From the NCBI GenBank assembly GCA_964354215.1, contig CAYGYT010000001.1:146054-210053 (forward strand): a stretch of DNA of 64,000 nt, in the 5' to 3' direction. The notes below the pieces were generated by a model that made no database searches, had not been told where the DNA came from, and was given only the letters and a program-made list of their open reading frames with translations. Origin of the DNA: an uncultured Eubacteriales bacterium (GTDB taxonomy: Bacteria; Actinomycetota; Coriobacteriia; Anaerosomatales; CAVRZR01). A program made the translations under genes and the position numbers. Within the stretch, counting starts at the first letter, position 1; every line of letters starts with the position of its first letter. Positions 44,802-53,957 of this stretch are shown here, piece by piece.

Positions 44802-45725
44802 CTAGCCTCTCGGCTCGTGGTACACGAGCTCCGAGACGCCGACCGTGATCACGTCGCCGTTGCGCAGCCGCATGCGCTGCACCGGCTCCCCGTTGACGAA
44901 GGTGCCGTTCGTGGAGCCGAGGTCGGTGATGATCCAACTGCCGGCCTCGTCCACGAAGGCGGCGTGCTCTCGCGAGACGTTCGCGTCGGGCAGCCGAATG
45001 GCGGCCGAGTTCGAGCGGCCCACCACCATGCGGTCACCGCTCAGAACGACATCGTGGTCCACGCCGGTCACCGTGACCGTCGAGAGAGCGCGGATGGTGC
45101 GCGGCTCTCCGAGAGGCGCCGCTGCGTTGCCTGCTTCTTGCGCCTCAGCGGCCGCAACCGCGGGTATCGCCGAAGGCGGCAACGTGACGCCGGGTCCTGG
45201 TCGCGGGCGACCGGCGGGCGTGCGCACGCCCGCGGGCGGGGCGGCTGCGGGTGAGGGTGGCGCCACAGCGGGCGCGGCGCCGGCGTGCCCGGCGGGCCCG
45301 GGGCCGGGTGGCGGCAGATAGAAGCCAGCCTCCTCGGCGGCCTCGGCAAGCTCGGCGGCCGACACGAGTTCGCCGATCGCTTCGAACCGGCCAAGCTTGA
45401 GCGCGTCGTGCACCCGGAAGCGCACGAATGGCCGGTCGTCGAGCGAGTAGCCTTTCTCGCGCGCGTACCCCATGAGGTAGGTCGCGAGTTCGGCGGCGAG
45501 CGTCTCGGTGAACGACCCGAGCCGCTGCTCGTCGGCAGGAGAGATGACGACGGTGAAGAGGTTCGGCGCGTAGACCTTGCCGACACCGACCACGCGGCGA
45601 CGGTCCATCTCCTTGCCGAGTGCCTTGGCGAGTTCGGCCGGCTGCACGCGCGACCGGAAGACGCCCGCGAAGACGCCTTCGACCGCGCGCGCGACGCTGT
45701 CTTCGAAGTCGGACAGAATGCTCAC
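44802..45725 (-). CDS. fhaA: FhaA-type protein (DUF3662 N-domain + C-terminal FHA)
   Basis: The N-terminus is MSILSDFEDSVARAVEGVF...VQPAELAKAL. A Pro/Ala linker follows, then the FHA block VGRSNSAAIRLPD.NVSREHA....E.GSW.ITDLGSTNGTFVNG. Confidence 0.8.
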   Translation of the reverse strand: MSILSDFEDSVARAVEGVFAGVFRSRVQPAELAKALGKEMDRRRVVGVGKVYAPNLFTVVISPADEQRLGSFTETLAAELATYLMGYAREKGYSLDDRPFVRFRVHDALKLGRFEAIGELVSAAELAEAAEEAGFYLPPPGPGPAGHAGAAPAVAPPSPAAAPPAGVRTPAGRPRPGPGVTLPPSAIPAVAAAEAQEAGNAAAPLGEPRTIRALSTVTVTGVDHDVVLSGDRMVVGRSNSAAIRLPDANVSREHAAFVDEAGSWIITDLGSTNGTFVNGEPVQRMRLRNGDVITVGVSELVYHEPRG

Positions 45726-45777
45726 GAACGCTGCCCCTTGAGGTCATGCCGAGTGGCGCGCGCACTGCGCGATCGCG

Positions 45778-47571
45778 TCACTCCTCTTCCGGCCGAACCG
45801 GTGGGCCGGCCGCAATGACGAGCACGACCAGTATAAGAGAGGCGGTCATCTGCCGAGCGAAGGGTTCGCGCAGTGTTTCCCAGCCGAGATGTGCCGCCGA
45901 GGGCCCGCCGGTTTGAGCGATCGTTCCCGCGAGGAAGTAGCCTCCCCACAGTGTCGCTGCCGCGATGGCAGCGCCGAGGGTGGCAGCGGGACGGGATGCC
46001 CGGCGGCATGCGAGAGACATGGCGACCGCCGCGAGCGCCCACGCGAGGAGCGCGACGTAGGTGAACGGCGATGTCCACGCGAGGTGCAGGTTCGCGCTCA
46101 CTTCCGTTGCAGCGCCGCCCGCGTATGCGGCGGCTGGATTCGCGAAGACGTGCCAGTCCACGTTGCCGAACGCGACTGTGCTGGGCGAGGCTGCCCACGC
46201 CAGGACAGTGAGCGCCCCGCCCGCGAGCGCAGCCGCCGCGGCGGGCACGGGCGAGAGCACGAAACCGGCGAGGAAGGGCGTAGCGAGTGCGACGTGCCCC
46301 ACGCCGAGCACCGGGGCCGCGAGGGGCAGAAGCGCTGCTCCAGCATCGCGTCGGCCCCAGATCCACCAGTACGCGGCCGCGAGAGGGACGAGCACCGCAG
46401 CGACGACGTACGCGCGTGCGGCTACGAGGCCGGCCGAGAAGAGCAGCAGTCCGAGAGCCACGCCAAGGCCTGGCGCGAGCACGCCCGCCAACGCCGCGAG
46501 CGCGGCCCCCGCCACGGTCGGGATGCGCGACAGGCCGAGCCAGTCGAGCCCGGCCCACGCGAGCCACGTCGCCGAGGCCGCGGCCGTCGCACGCGCGAGT
46601 AGCGAGCCATACGGGCGTGCGCGGTCCCAGAGTCCCACTCGTTCCCAAGAGCCGGGCTCGTCGTCGGTCGGCTGCTCTTCGACCAGGGTTTCGATACGAG
46701 CGGCGAGTCCCGACCGGCCGAGCTGCTCGTCGCCGAGATGCGGCAGGAGCGATGCCGCGAACCGTGTCACGGACGGGTATCGCTCGTCAGGTGTGGGTGA
46801 GAGCGCGGTCAGTACGACGTCGTCGAGCTCTGGCGGCAACGAGGAGTCGAAGTCGCTCGGCGCGCTGGGTTCGGCGACTTCCATCTTGAAGAGCGCGCCC
46901 TCCACGGAGTCGGAGATGAACGGGTTCGCGTCCGTGAGCACCTCGAACGCGAGCGCACCGAGCGCCCACACGTCCGTGCGGTCGTCCACGCGCTCGCCGC
47001 GAAGCTGCTCGGGTGGCATGTAGCCAAGCGTTCCTCCGAACGATGACGCATGTCCGGATGCGGTCGAGAGCGTCGAGATGCCGAAATCGGCGACCTTGAC
47101 GCGGCCATCGCGCGAGACGAGCACGTTCTGGGGCTTGAGATCGAGGTGCAGGACGCCGTTCTCGTGAGCGAACTCGACCGCCGAGAAGACGGCGTCGAGC
47201 ACCGCCGCGGCCTCATCCGAATCGAGCGCGCCACCGTCGTCGAGCACATCGGCCAGCGAGGCCCCGTCGACGTGCTCCATGATGAGGAACGCCTCGTCCG
47301 CGTCGGTGTCCCACTCGTAGACGGTGACGATGTCCTGGTGGTTGAGGAGAGCCGCGGTGCGCGCCTCTGCGAGACCCGCGTCACGCGCGGATCCCGCTCG
47401 CCCGCGACGGGCACTCGCCGGCAGGGGGAGCCGCTTGATCGCCACCCGGCGCTGCATCTTCGTGTCCCACGCGAGTACGACAGACCCGAAACCGCCCTCG
47501 CCCAGCTCCTCGAGTGGGCGGTAGCGGTCCAGGATCAGCTGCTGCGGCAGAGCGTCCTTCTCGGCGGACAT
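45778..47571 (-). CDS. Ser/Thr protein kinase fused to a polytopic (about 8-10 TM) C-terminal membrane domain
   Basis: Kinase blocks are GEGGFGSV, VAIK, HLDLKPQN, DFGIS and PPEQ. The last ~300 aa are Ala/Leu/Gly/Trp-rich with multiple TM helices. Confidence 0.85.
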   Translation of the reverse strand: MSAEKDALPQQLILDRYRPLEELGEGGFGSVVLAWDTKMQRRVAIKRLPLPASARRGRAGSARDAGLAEARTAALLNHQDIVTVYEWDTDADEAFLIMEHVDGASLADVLDDGGALDSDEAAAVLDAVFSAVEFAHENGVLHLDLKPQNVLVSRDGRVKVADFGISTLSTASGHASSFGGTLGYMPPEQLRGERVDDRTDVWALGALAFEVLTDANPFISDSVEGALFKMEVAEPSAPSDFDSSLPPELDDVVLTALSPTPDERYPSVTRFAASLLPHLGDEQLGRSGLAARIETLVEEQPTDDEPGSWERVGLWDRARPYGSLLARATAAASATWLAWAGLDWLGLSRIPTVAGAALAALAGVLAPGLGVALGLLLFSAGLVAARAYVVAAVLVPLAAAYWWIWGRRDAGAALLPLAAPVLGVGHVALATPFLAGFVLSPVPAAAAALAGGALTVLAWAASPSTVAFGNVDWHVFANPAAAYAGGAATEVSANLHLAWTSPFTYVALLAWALAAVAMSLACRRASRPAATLGAAIAAATLWGGYFLAGTIAQTGGPSAAHLGWETLREPFARQMTASLILVVLVIAAGPPVRPEEE

Positions 47572-47807
47572 GGGCCCATTGTAGGAGAAGGGCAGGCAAG
47601 CACCGCCCCTGTGCCCTATTCGCCCTTCCTGTTCTCCGAGGATTTCGCCGACGGTTTCGTCGCAGATGGTGTGCGGTTCGTGAACCCGTTCAAAGCGGAG
47701 CTCGACCTCGACGGCTTGCTTGCGGAACTGACGCGGCCGTAGCGCCTCGCTCGTTGCTGCTCCTTGTCGCCTCTCACCTGCGATGCTACCCTAGCGCTCG
47801 CACCCGT

Positions 47808-47893
47808 GCGGGTGTGGCGGAATGGCAGACGCGCATGGTTCAGGTCCATGTGGGGGCAACCCCGTGAAGGTTCAACTCCTTTCACCCGCACCA
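47808..47893 (+). tRNA. tRNA-Leu (anticodon CAG)
   Basis: The sequence reads GCGGGTG-TG-GCGGAATGGCAGACGC-G-CATGG-TTCAGGT-CCATG, a long variable arm, GAAGGTTCAACTCCTTT-CACCCGC-A-CCA. The acceptor stem is perfect and the class II variable arm fits Leu. Confidence 0.9.
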
Positions 47894-47996
47894 TGGCACA
47901 CGAAAACGACCCCGAGCATTCGGGGTCGTTTTGCCTGTCTTGGTGGAGGAGCGCTTGGCGGGGCGCACGCCTGACTCGGCGAACTCGCCTCGCGCG

Positions 47997-48443
47997 CTAC
48001 GCGTCGGGCCCGGCGAGCTGCGCGTCGACGATCTCCACGAGCTCGATCTCGAACGTGAGGTTCTCGCCCGCCAGCGGGTGGTTGAAGTCGAGTACGGCGA
48101 TCTCGGGACCGACCTCGGTGACGGTCGCAGCCATGCGCTGGCCCTCGGGCGAGGCGACCTCGACCATCCAGCCCTCCTCGGGCGGCTCGGGAAACGCCTC
48201 GAGCGGGACTTCCTGCCGAGCCTCGTCGATGCGCTCCCCGTAGGCGTCGCACGCGGGTATCGTGACGGTGGCCTTCTGCCCCACGTCGAGGTCGGCAACG
48301 GCGGTGTCGAACCCTGGAATGACCTCGCCCGAGCCGACGACGAACTCGAGTGGCTCTCGTCCCTCGCTGCTGTCGAACTCGCTGCCATCGCCGAGTGTGC
48401 CTCGGTAGTGGACGCGTACCTTCTGGCCGGCCTGTGGTGTCAT
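47997..48443 (-). CDS. FKBP-type peptidyl-prolyl cis-trans isomerase (SlyD-like, with IF insert, no His-rich tail)
   Basis: Blocks seen: V.VHYRGTL.DGSEFDSS..REPLEF..G.G.VIPGFD.A...D.. and NHPLAGENL.F. Confidence 0.85.
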   Translation of the reverse strand: MTPQAGQKVRVHYRGTLGDGSEFDSSEGREPLEFVVGSGEVIPGFDTAVADLDVGQKATVTIPACDAYGERIDEARQEVPLEAFPEPPEEGWMVEVASPEGQRMAATVTEVGPEIAVLDFNHPLAGENLTFEIELVEIVDAQLAGPDA

Positions 48444-48659
48444 GGGATTCCTCCTAGGTAGTCAACGCACCCGAAACGGTGGGGTCGCCCGCGATGGCGT
48501 GCCGTGGTGCGAAGCGATTCTCGCACTCTACAGCCTTCTTCCGCCAATGCCGATGAATCTGGTTGAGGTCTCGGCGGTTCACAGGTCGCTGAGGAAGAGC
48601 ACGAGTGGTTCGCCGGGCTCGGCGTGGCGCTTGGTGCTACGGGCGCGGGGCGGGGATAG

Positions 48660-48872
48660 ATGAACATCTACGCACCGATCAAGGGCAAGTGCACGTGGTG
48701 GCGGGAGTTTCCGAGGGAGGAAGACCGCTTCGATAGTTCGCTGCCCGTCTCAGACAAGCGCGTCGAGTGCGTGTGCTTTGTCGAGGGCGATGCGTGGTCG
48801 TACAAGTACAGGGATGTCCCGGAGGACTGCCCGTTCAGTCGCCGTTGCCGCTACCACATCCGCTCGGGATAG
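48660..48872 (+). CDS. Small Cys-containing hypothetical protein (70 aa)
   Basis: ATG follows GGGGA and the ORF ends 12 nt before the GGDEF-EAL gene. It has five Cys (C11, C37, C39, C57, C63). No motif was recognised. Confidence 0.4.
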   Translation: MNIYAPIKGKCTWWREFPREEDRFDSSLPVSDKRVECVCFVEGDAWSYKYRDVPEDCPFSRRCRYHIRSG

Positions 48873-48884
48873 GCGGGACGCGCG

Positions 48885-51770
48885 GTGAAACTGGAACGCC
48901 GAGTTCTCGGCTACTTGGCCGTCGTCATGACGATTCTATCGCTGCTGCTCGCTGCGGCTGCGGCCGGAGCAATCCTTGTGAACGCCAATCGCACAGACCG
49001 TGCTGAGACCCTCAGGTCGGTACAACTCGTCCACGACACCCTGGCGGCGAGCCGAGCCGAACTCGCGGGAAACGCGAAGGATTGGGCGACGCGGGACGAC
49101 ACGCACCGTCTCGTCGCGGGCGAGTACCCCGAGTACTTCGCCGACAATCTCTCGGCGAACGGCATGCGAAACCTCGACATCAATCTGTTCGCCGTCTACG
49201 ACGGGACGGGTCGGCTCGTCCAAGCCAAGACGGCCGATTCGGCATCCCGACAGCCCATCGACCTTCCAGGTGTTGAGGACTTGCTCTTCTCTTCGCCTCG
49301 TATGAACGTCGCCTCCGGCGTCGTGCGCTCGGTCTCCGGTTTGGTCCGTCTCCCCAACGGACGTCTCCTGCTCGCCTCGGCAGCACCCGTCGTCCCCACC
49401 GACGGGGCCACGTCCACGCCGAACGGCACGCTCGTGATGGGCAAGCTGCTCGACTCGGAGAGGCTTCGCGGGCTCTCGAGGAACGTCCAGCACACGGTGA
49501 GGCTCCGCTCGATGCCCGGCCCGAGCAAGACGACAGCCGCTGAACAAGCGCAGGTCCGTCCTGGCTGGTTCTCCTCGAGTGACGGCATCGCCAGTCTCAC
49601 GGACACGAACGGAGACGTTGTCGGCGAGATGGTCGTGCGCGCCGATGGCTCAGCGTGGAACGGCGCCGTGCTCGCGCTCACGCTGCTCTCGTGTGGCCTC
49701 GTACTGCTGCAGCTCACCACCGTCTACATTCTTCGGTACGGTCTGCGCGGTCTTCTGCTCGACAGGGTCTTCATGCTCAATGCCCAGGTCGAACGCATCC
49801 GGCAGAGCGGCAGCGTCGAGCACGTGATGGTGCCCGGCTCCGACGAACTCTCCACGCTCGGCGAGAACGTCGACCAGATGGTGCAGGCACTCGACGAGTC
49901 TCGTCGGGAGCTGCAGCGCGCGCACGATGAGCTCGAGGTGCGAGTCGAAGAGCGCACCGCCGATCTCAGCCAGGCGATTGCCGAACTCGAGGAGCAGATT
50001 GCCGGCCGCCGCGCTGCAGAAGACGGACGTGCGGCCTCCGACGAGCGCTACCGGCTTCTCATCGACAACCTCACCGACACCGTCTTCACGCTTGATCGCG
50101 ACGGATGCATCACATATGTGAGCCCCGGCGTGGAGTGGGCATTCGGCTATCTCACGGAGGACCTCGTCGGCAAGTCCATCGCCGCGTTGCTGACGCTTCC
50201 GTCTGCGAGTACCGTCGCCCGCCAGCTCGAGCGGGGGCTCTCGAAGGACGGCACCGTTCTGGGCCTCGATGCCGTGGCCGCGGACGGCCGGGAGCTGGAT
50301 GTCGAGATGGTGCTCACTCCGCTCGACGTCGAACTCGGTAGCGCCCAAGGCATCATCCGCGATGTGACGGCTCGGCGTCGCTACGAGGATGAGCTGCTCC
50401 ACATGGCGAGCCATGATTTCCTTACCGGCCTCGCGAACCGGCGCCGGTTCGAGGAGGAACTCGGGCGAGTGCTCGCCACGGCGCAGCGTCACGACACCGA
50501 GGGTGCCGTCCTCTGGATCGACCTCGACAACTTCAAGGACGTGAACGATACGCTCGGGCACCACGCCGGCGACGACCTTCTGATGGACATCGCGAGGACC
50601 CTACGCTCGGCAGTGCGCGCCGAGAGCCTCCTCTCACGGCTCGGCGGTGACGAGTTCGCCGTGCTCCTGCCACTCGCGACGAGAGAGGAGGCCCAGGGAG
50701 CAGCCGATCGGCTCCTCGACGAGATCTCGAACGTCCACGTGTTCTTCGAAGGCCGCGTCATCCGGGCGTCGGGGAGCATGGGCATCGTGATGTTCCCGAG
50801 CGACGGACTCGACGTAGGCGAACTGCTCGCACGCGCCGACATGGCGATGTATCGCGCGAAACAGCTCGGTCGAGCGAGAAGCGTCTTCTTCACGCGAGAC
50901 GATGAGTGGCATGACGAGATCGAGGACCGTCGGGCCTGGACCGAGCAGATCGAGCTCGCGGTGAGCGAGAACGGCCTCGCTGCGTTCGCCCAGCCGATCG
51001 TTGGACTCGGTGATGGGCTAACCGGTTGCTTCGAGCTGCTCGTGCGCATGCTCGATATCGATGGCGGGTACATCCCTCCGGACCGGTTCATCGGCATCGC
51101 AGAACGCACGGGGCTCATCGTCGACATAGACCTGTGGATGCTTCGCGAGGCCGTGCGTCTTCTCGTCGAGTTTGACGACCAGTGCATCAGCCTCAACGTG
51201 AACGTCTCAGCGCGCACGCTGGGCGACTCGAGGTTCGTCGCCGAGGTGGCCCGCCTGATCGAGGAGTCGGGCGTGAGCGCCGAGCGGCTGGGCATCGAGA
51301 TCACGGAAACCGCGATCATCGTGGATGTCGCCAGCGTGCAAGATGTGCTCCGTGAGCTGAAGCGGATCGGTTGCCGCGTGCTGCTTGATGACTTCGGCTC
51401 GGGCTTCACGTCCTTCCTCCACTTGAAGCAGCTGCCGGTCGACACGCTCAAGATCGACGGCAGCTTCGTACAGCGGCTGCACGAAAACCCGAACGACCAG
51501 CATCTGGTGCGTGCGATGGTCGAGATGGCGCGAGGACTCGGGATGGGGACGACCGCTGAGTTCGTCGAGACCGGGGAGGCTGCGGAGCTCTTGCGGGAGT
51601 TCGGAGTGGAGACGATCCAGGGCTTCCACGTGGGACGCCCCGGGGTGGCGCGCGAGATCATCCAAGGAGAACTCGCGCACTCCGATGCACGCGAGATCCT
51701 CCTGACAGACGTCATGGACCAGGCGGGCTCCGTGTGCGACCTCCCGGTCACGGACCCCGAGTCGTCCTGA
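48885..51770 (+). CDS. Membrane sensor GGDEF-EAL protein (periplasmic sensor, HAMP/coiled coil, PAS, diguanylate cyclase, phosphodiesterase)
   Basis: Two TM helices flank a ~230 aa loop. The GGDEF site is RLGGDEFAVLL. The EAL blocks are EITE, DDFGSGFTS and KIDGSFV. Confidence 0.9.
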   Translation: MKLERRVLGYLAVVMTILSLLLAAAAAGAILVNANRTDRAETLRSVQLVHDTLAASRAELAGNAKDWATRDDTHRLVAGEYPEYFADNLSANGMRNLDINLFAVYDGTGRLVQAKTADSASRQPIDLPGVEDLLFSSPRMNVASGVVRSVSGLVRLPNGRLLLASAAPVVPTDGATSTPNGTLVMGKLLDSERLRGLSRNVQHTVRLRSMPGPSKTTAAEQAQVRPGWFSSSDGIASLTDTNGDVVGEMVVRADGSAWNGAVLALTLLSCGLVLLQLTTVYILRYGLRGLLLDRVFMLNAQVERIRQSGSVEHVMVPGSDELSTLGENVDQMVQALDESRRELQRAHDELEVRVEERTADLSQAIAELEEQIAGRRAAEDGRAASDERYRLLIDNLTDTVFTLDRDGCITYVSPGVEWAFGYLTEDLVGKSIAALLTLPSASTVARQLERGLSKDGTVLGLDAVAADGRELDVEMVLTPLDVELGSAQGIIRDVTARRRYEDELLHMASHDFLTGLANRRRFEEELGRVLATAQRHDTEGAVLWIDLDNFKDVNDTLGHHAGDDLLMDIARTLRSAVRAESLLSRLGGDEFAVLLPLATREEAQGAADRLLDEISNVHVFFEGRVIRASGSMGIVMFPSDGLDVGELLARADMAMYRAKQLGRARSVFFTRDDEWHDEIEDRRAWTEQIELAVSENGLAAFAQPIVGLGDGLTGCFELLVRMLDIDGGYIPPDRFIGIAERTGLIVDIDLWMLREAVRLLVEFDDQCISLNVNVSARTLGDSRFVAEVARLIEESGVSAERLGIEITETAIIVDVASVQDVLRELKRIGCRVLLDDFGSGFTSFLHLKQLPVDTLKIDGSFVQRLHENPNDQHLVRAMVEMARGLGMGTTAEFVETGEAAELLREFGVETIQGFHVGRPGVAREIIQGELAHSDAREILLTDVMDQAGSVCDLPVTDPESS

Positions 51771-51955
51771 CTGCGCAGGCGACTCGAGTCAATCCTGCGC
51801 TCCTGCCTCCGCGTGAACCCGCACCGCGCTCTTGAACCCTCTCGGCGCGCGGTCTATCGTGTCACGTCCGGCTCAACCTGCTGCGTGGCAGCGCACTGCG
51901 TGCGGCGTAGCGGTACGCTCCGGCTACCGGCCGTCGAGCTTGGGGCCGATCGGCG

Positions 51956-52804
51956 GTGCGACACGATAGGGGACATGCCGGGATGCAGCCGACACCGCGC
52001 CAGGCCGTCGCGTTCCGCGAGCGCGTCTGGGCCCACTACCGCGAGCACGGCCGCCACGACTTGCCCTGGCGGCTGACGACCGACCCCTACGCCGTCCTCG
52101 TCTCGGAAGTGATGCTGCAGCAGACCCAGGTCTCCCGGGTGGTGGCTAAGTACGAAGCGTTCCTCGGCGAGTTTCCCAGCGTCGACGCTTTGGCGGCGGC
52201 ACCGCTCGAGCGTGTGCTCCGGCTCTGGCAGGGACTCGGCTACAACCGTCGTGCGGTCGCGCTCAAGCGCGCTGCAGAGACCGTGAGCGAGCGGCACGCG
52301 GGAGTGATACCCTGCGACCTCGCCTCGCTCGAAGCGCTGCCGGGCGTAGGCCCCGCGACTGCTGCCGGCGTGCTCGCGTTCGCGTACGGCGAGCCCGCGC
52401 CGTACCTCGAGACCAACATTCGCGCAGTCTACCTGCATGAGTTCTTCGCGGATCGCGATGCCGTCCCCGACCGCGAGATCCTGCCGCTCGTGCGGGCGAC
52501 GCTCGATGAGGAGAACCCGCGCTTGTGGTTCTACGCGCTGCTCGACTACGGCTGGTGGCTCAAGCGCTCGCAGCCGAACCCCTCGCGGCGAAGCGCGCAC
52601 CACACCCGGCAGACTCCCTTCGAGGGCTCTCGGCGGCAGAAGCGGGCTCGGCTCTTGCGCGCGGTGATGGGGGCTCCGGGTGGCACGGCCGCCGAACTTG
52701 CCGCCGAGGTCGGGTCGTCCCTCGGTGAGACCACGGGGCTGCTCGAGGAACTCGAGCGCGAGGGCTTCCTCGAGCGTGACGCAGATGGCTGGCGGGTTGC
52801 CTAG
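51956..52804 (+). CDS. MutY/endonuclease III superfamily (HhH-GPD) adenine glycosylase-like protein without Fe-S Cys cluster
   Basis: Blocks seen: DLPWR...DPY.VLVSEVMLQQTQV..V, W.GLGYNRRA, and the HhH motif LPGVGP.TA..VL.FA. There is no C-x6-C-x2-C-x5-C motif, and the C-terminus looks like a winged helix. The start may be ATG 51983. Confidence 0.7.
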   Translation: MRHDRGHAGMQPTPRQAVAFRERVWAHYREHGRHDLPWRLTTDPYAVLVSEVMLQQTQVSRVVAKYEAFLGEFPSVDALAAAPLERVLRLWQGLGYNRRAVALKRAAETVSERHAGVIPCDLASLEALPGVGPATAAGVLAFAYGEPAPYLETNIRAVYLHEFFADRDAVPDREILPLVRATLDEENPRLWFYALLDYGWWLKRSQPNPSRRSAHHTRQTPFEGSRRQKRARLLRAVMGAPGGTAAELAAEVGSSLGETTGLLEELEREGFLERDADGWRVA

Positions 52805-53003
52805 GCGAGACGCGCGCTGCGAAGCGGGACATCGACGACGCGCCGTGCCCGTCGACGCTCGTCTGTGACGGATGAGCATTCGCGGCGACGGACGGCACTA
52901 ATCGCCCGTGCGCGGAATGCCGAACTACACAGCAGAGACCCTCGCGATCATCCACCCGCAAAAAAGGGTCTTGGCGCCGAATTCCTCTGCGGCTGCGGGC
53001 GCC

Positions 53004-53042
53004 TGAAAAATGCAGCCAGCCGCGGGGGCCTGTGGTGGCTGC
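53004..53042 (-). terminator. Intrinsic terminator after the response-regulator operon
   Basis: The minus strand reads GCAGCCACCACAGGCCCCCGCGGCUGGCUGC followed by AUUUUUCAGG. Confidence 0.5.
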
Positions 53043-53069
53043 CCCGCTGCCGCAGGCCCTACCTTTTCC

Positions 53070-53528
53070 TCAGGTGTTCTCCCGCTTGCGGTGCATGATC
53101 TCGACCATCGTGCGGAGCTTGGCTTCCTTCGCCTTGTGCTCCTTCAAGATCTGCTCCCGACGGGTGGGGTCGAGGAATCCCTTGACGCGGTCGACAAGGT
53201 CGGAGGGTGCGAAGGGTTTCGTGATGTAGTCGGTGGCGCCGCCTTCAACCGCGTTGAGCTGCTGCTCGAAGTCGCCCACCGCAGAGAGGTGAATGACGGG
53301 AAGGTCGCGGGTGGCCGGGTCTGCCAGGAGCCGCTTGCGGACCTCACGACCGTCGAGGTGCGGCATCATGATGTCGAGCAACACCAGGTCGATGTGGTGG
53401 TTCTTGATCTTCGCGAGCGCCTCCTCGCCGTCGTAGGCGGGGATGATCGTGTATCCGTGCTTCTCGAGCGTCGCTGTAACCAGTCTGACGATCGAGGGTT
53501 CGTCGTCGACGACGAGAATCGTAGCCAT
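53070..53528 (-). CDS. Stand-alone receiver response regulator with short C-terminal helix
   Basis: Receiver blocks are ILVVDDEP, LVLLDIMMP..DG and KPF. Confidence 0.85.
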   Translation of the reverse strand: MATILVVDDEPSIVRLVTATLEKHGYTIIPAYDGEEALAKIKNHHIDLVLLDIMMPHLDGREVRKRLLADPATRDLPVIHLSAVGDFEQQLNAVEGGATDYITKPFAPSDLVDRVKGFLDPTRREQILKEHKAKEAKLRTMVEIMHRKRENT

Positions 53529-53591
53529 AGTCGACCCGCTCCCTTCGGCTCCATCAGTCCTTGGTTCGCGCTGCCGCGTCTACATCCCTGC

Positions 53592-53957
53592 TCATTCGCC
53601 GAGGAATCCATTCACCTGGGCGACGAGATCCTTGGGAGTGAACGGTTTGCAGATGTAGTCGAGCGCCCCCGCATCGAGCCCCGTCTTCTGCTCGGTGACC
53701 TGCGTCTTCGCGGTGAGCATGACCACGGGGATGTGCTCGGTCTTGGGATTCGCCTTGATCCGTCGGCAGGCCTCGTAGCCATCGCAGACCGGCATCATGA
53801 CGTCGAGCAGGATGAGGTCGGGCTGCTCCTGCTCGGCGACCTCGACCGCCGAAAGGCCGTCGGTCGCCTCGATCACGTCGAAGCCATGCGCCTTGAGCGA
53901 GAAGGACACGAGCTTAAGGATATGCGGCTCGTCGTCGACGGCGAGGATTCGCTTCAC
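53592..53957 (-). CDS. CheY-like single-domain response regulator
   Basis: Receiver blocks are ILAVDDEP, LILLDVMMP..DG, LTAK and KPF. It overlaps the kinase stop by 4 nt. Confidence 0.85.
   Translation of the reverse strand: MKRILAVDDEPHILKLVSFSLKAHGFDVIEATDGLSAVEVAEQEQPDLILLDVMMPVCDGYEACRRIKANPKTEHIPVVMLTAKTQVTEQKTGLDAGALDYICKPFTPKDLVAQVNGFLGE

Noticed and set aside
47620-47742. A protein-like tail in a plus frame (FSEDFADGFVADGVRFVNPFKAELDLDGLLAELTRP) between the kinase gene and tRNA-Leu.
   Set aside because: No plausible start codon with an SD site lies outside the antisense kinase region. Only about 20 codons could be translated from the nearest GTG. It is likely chance.
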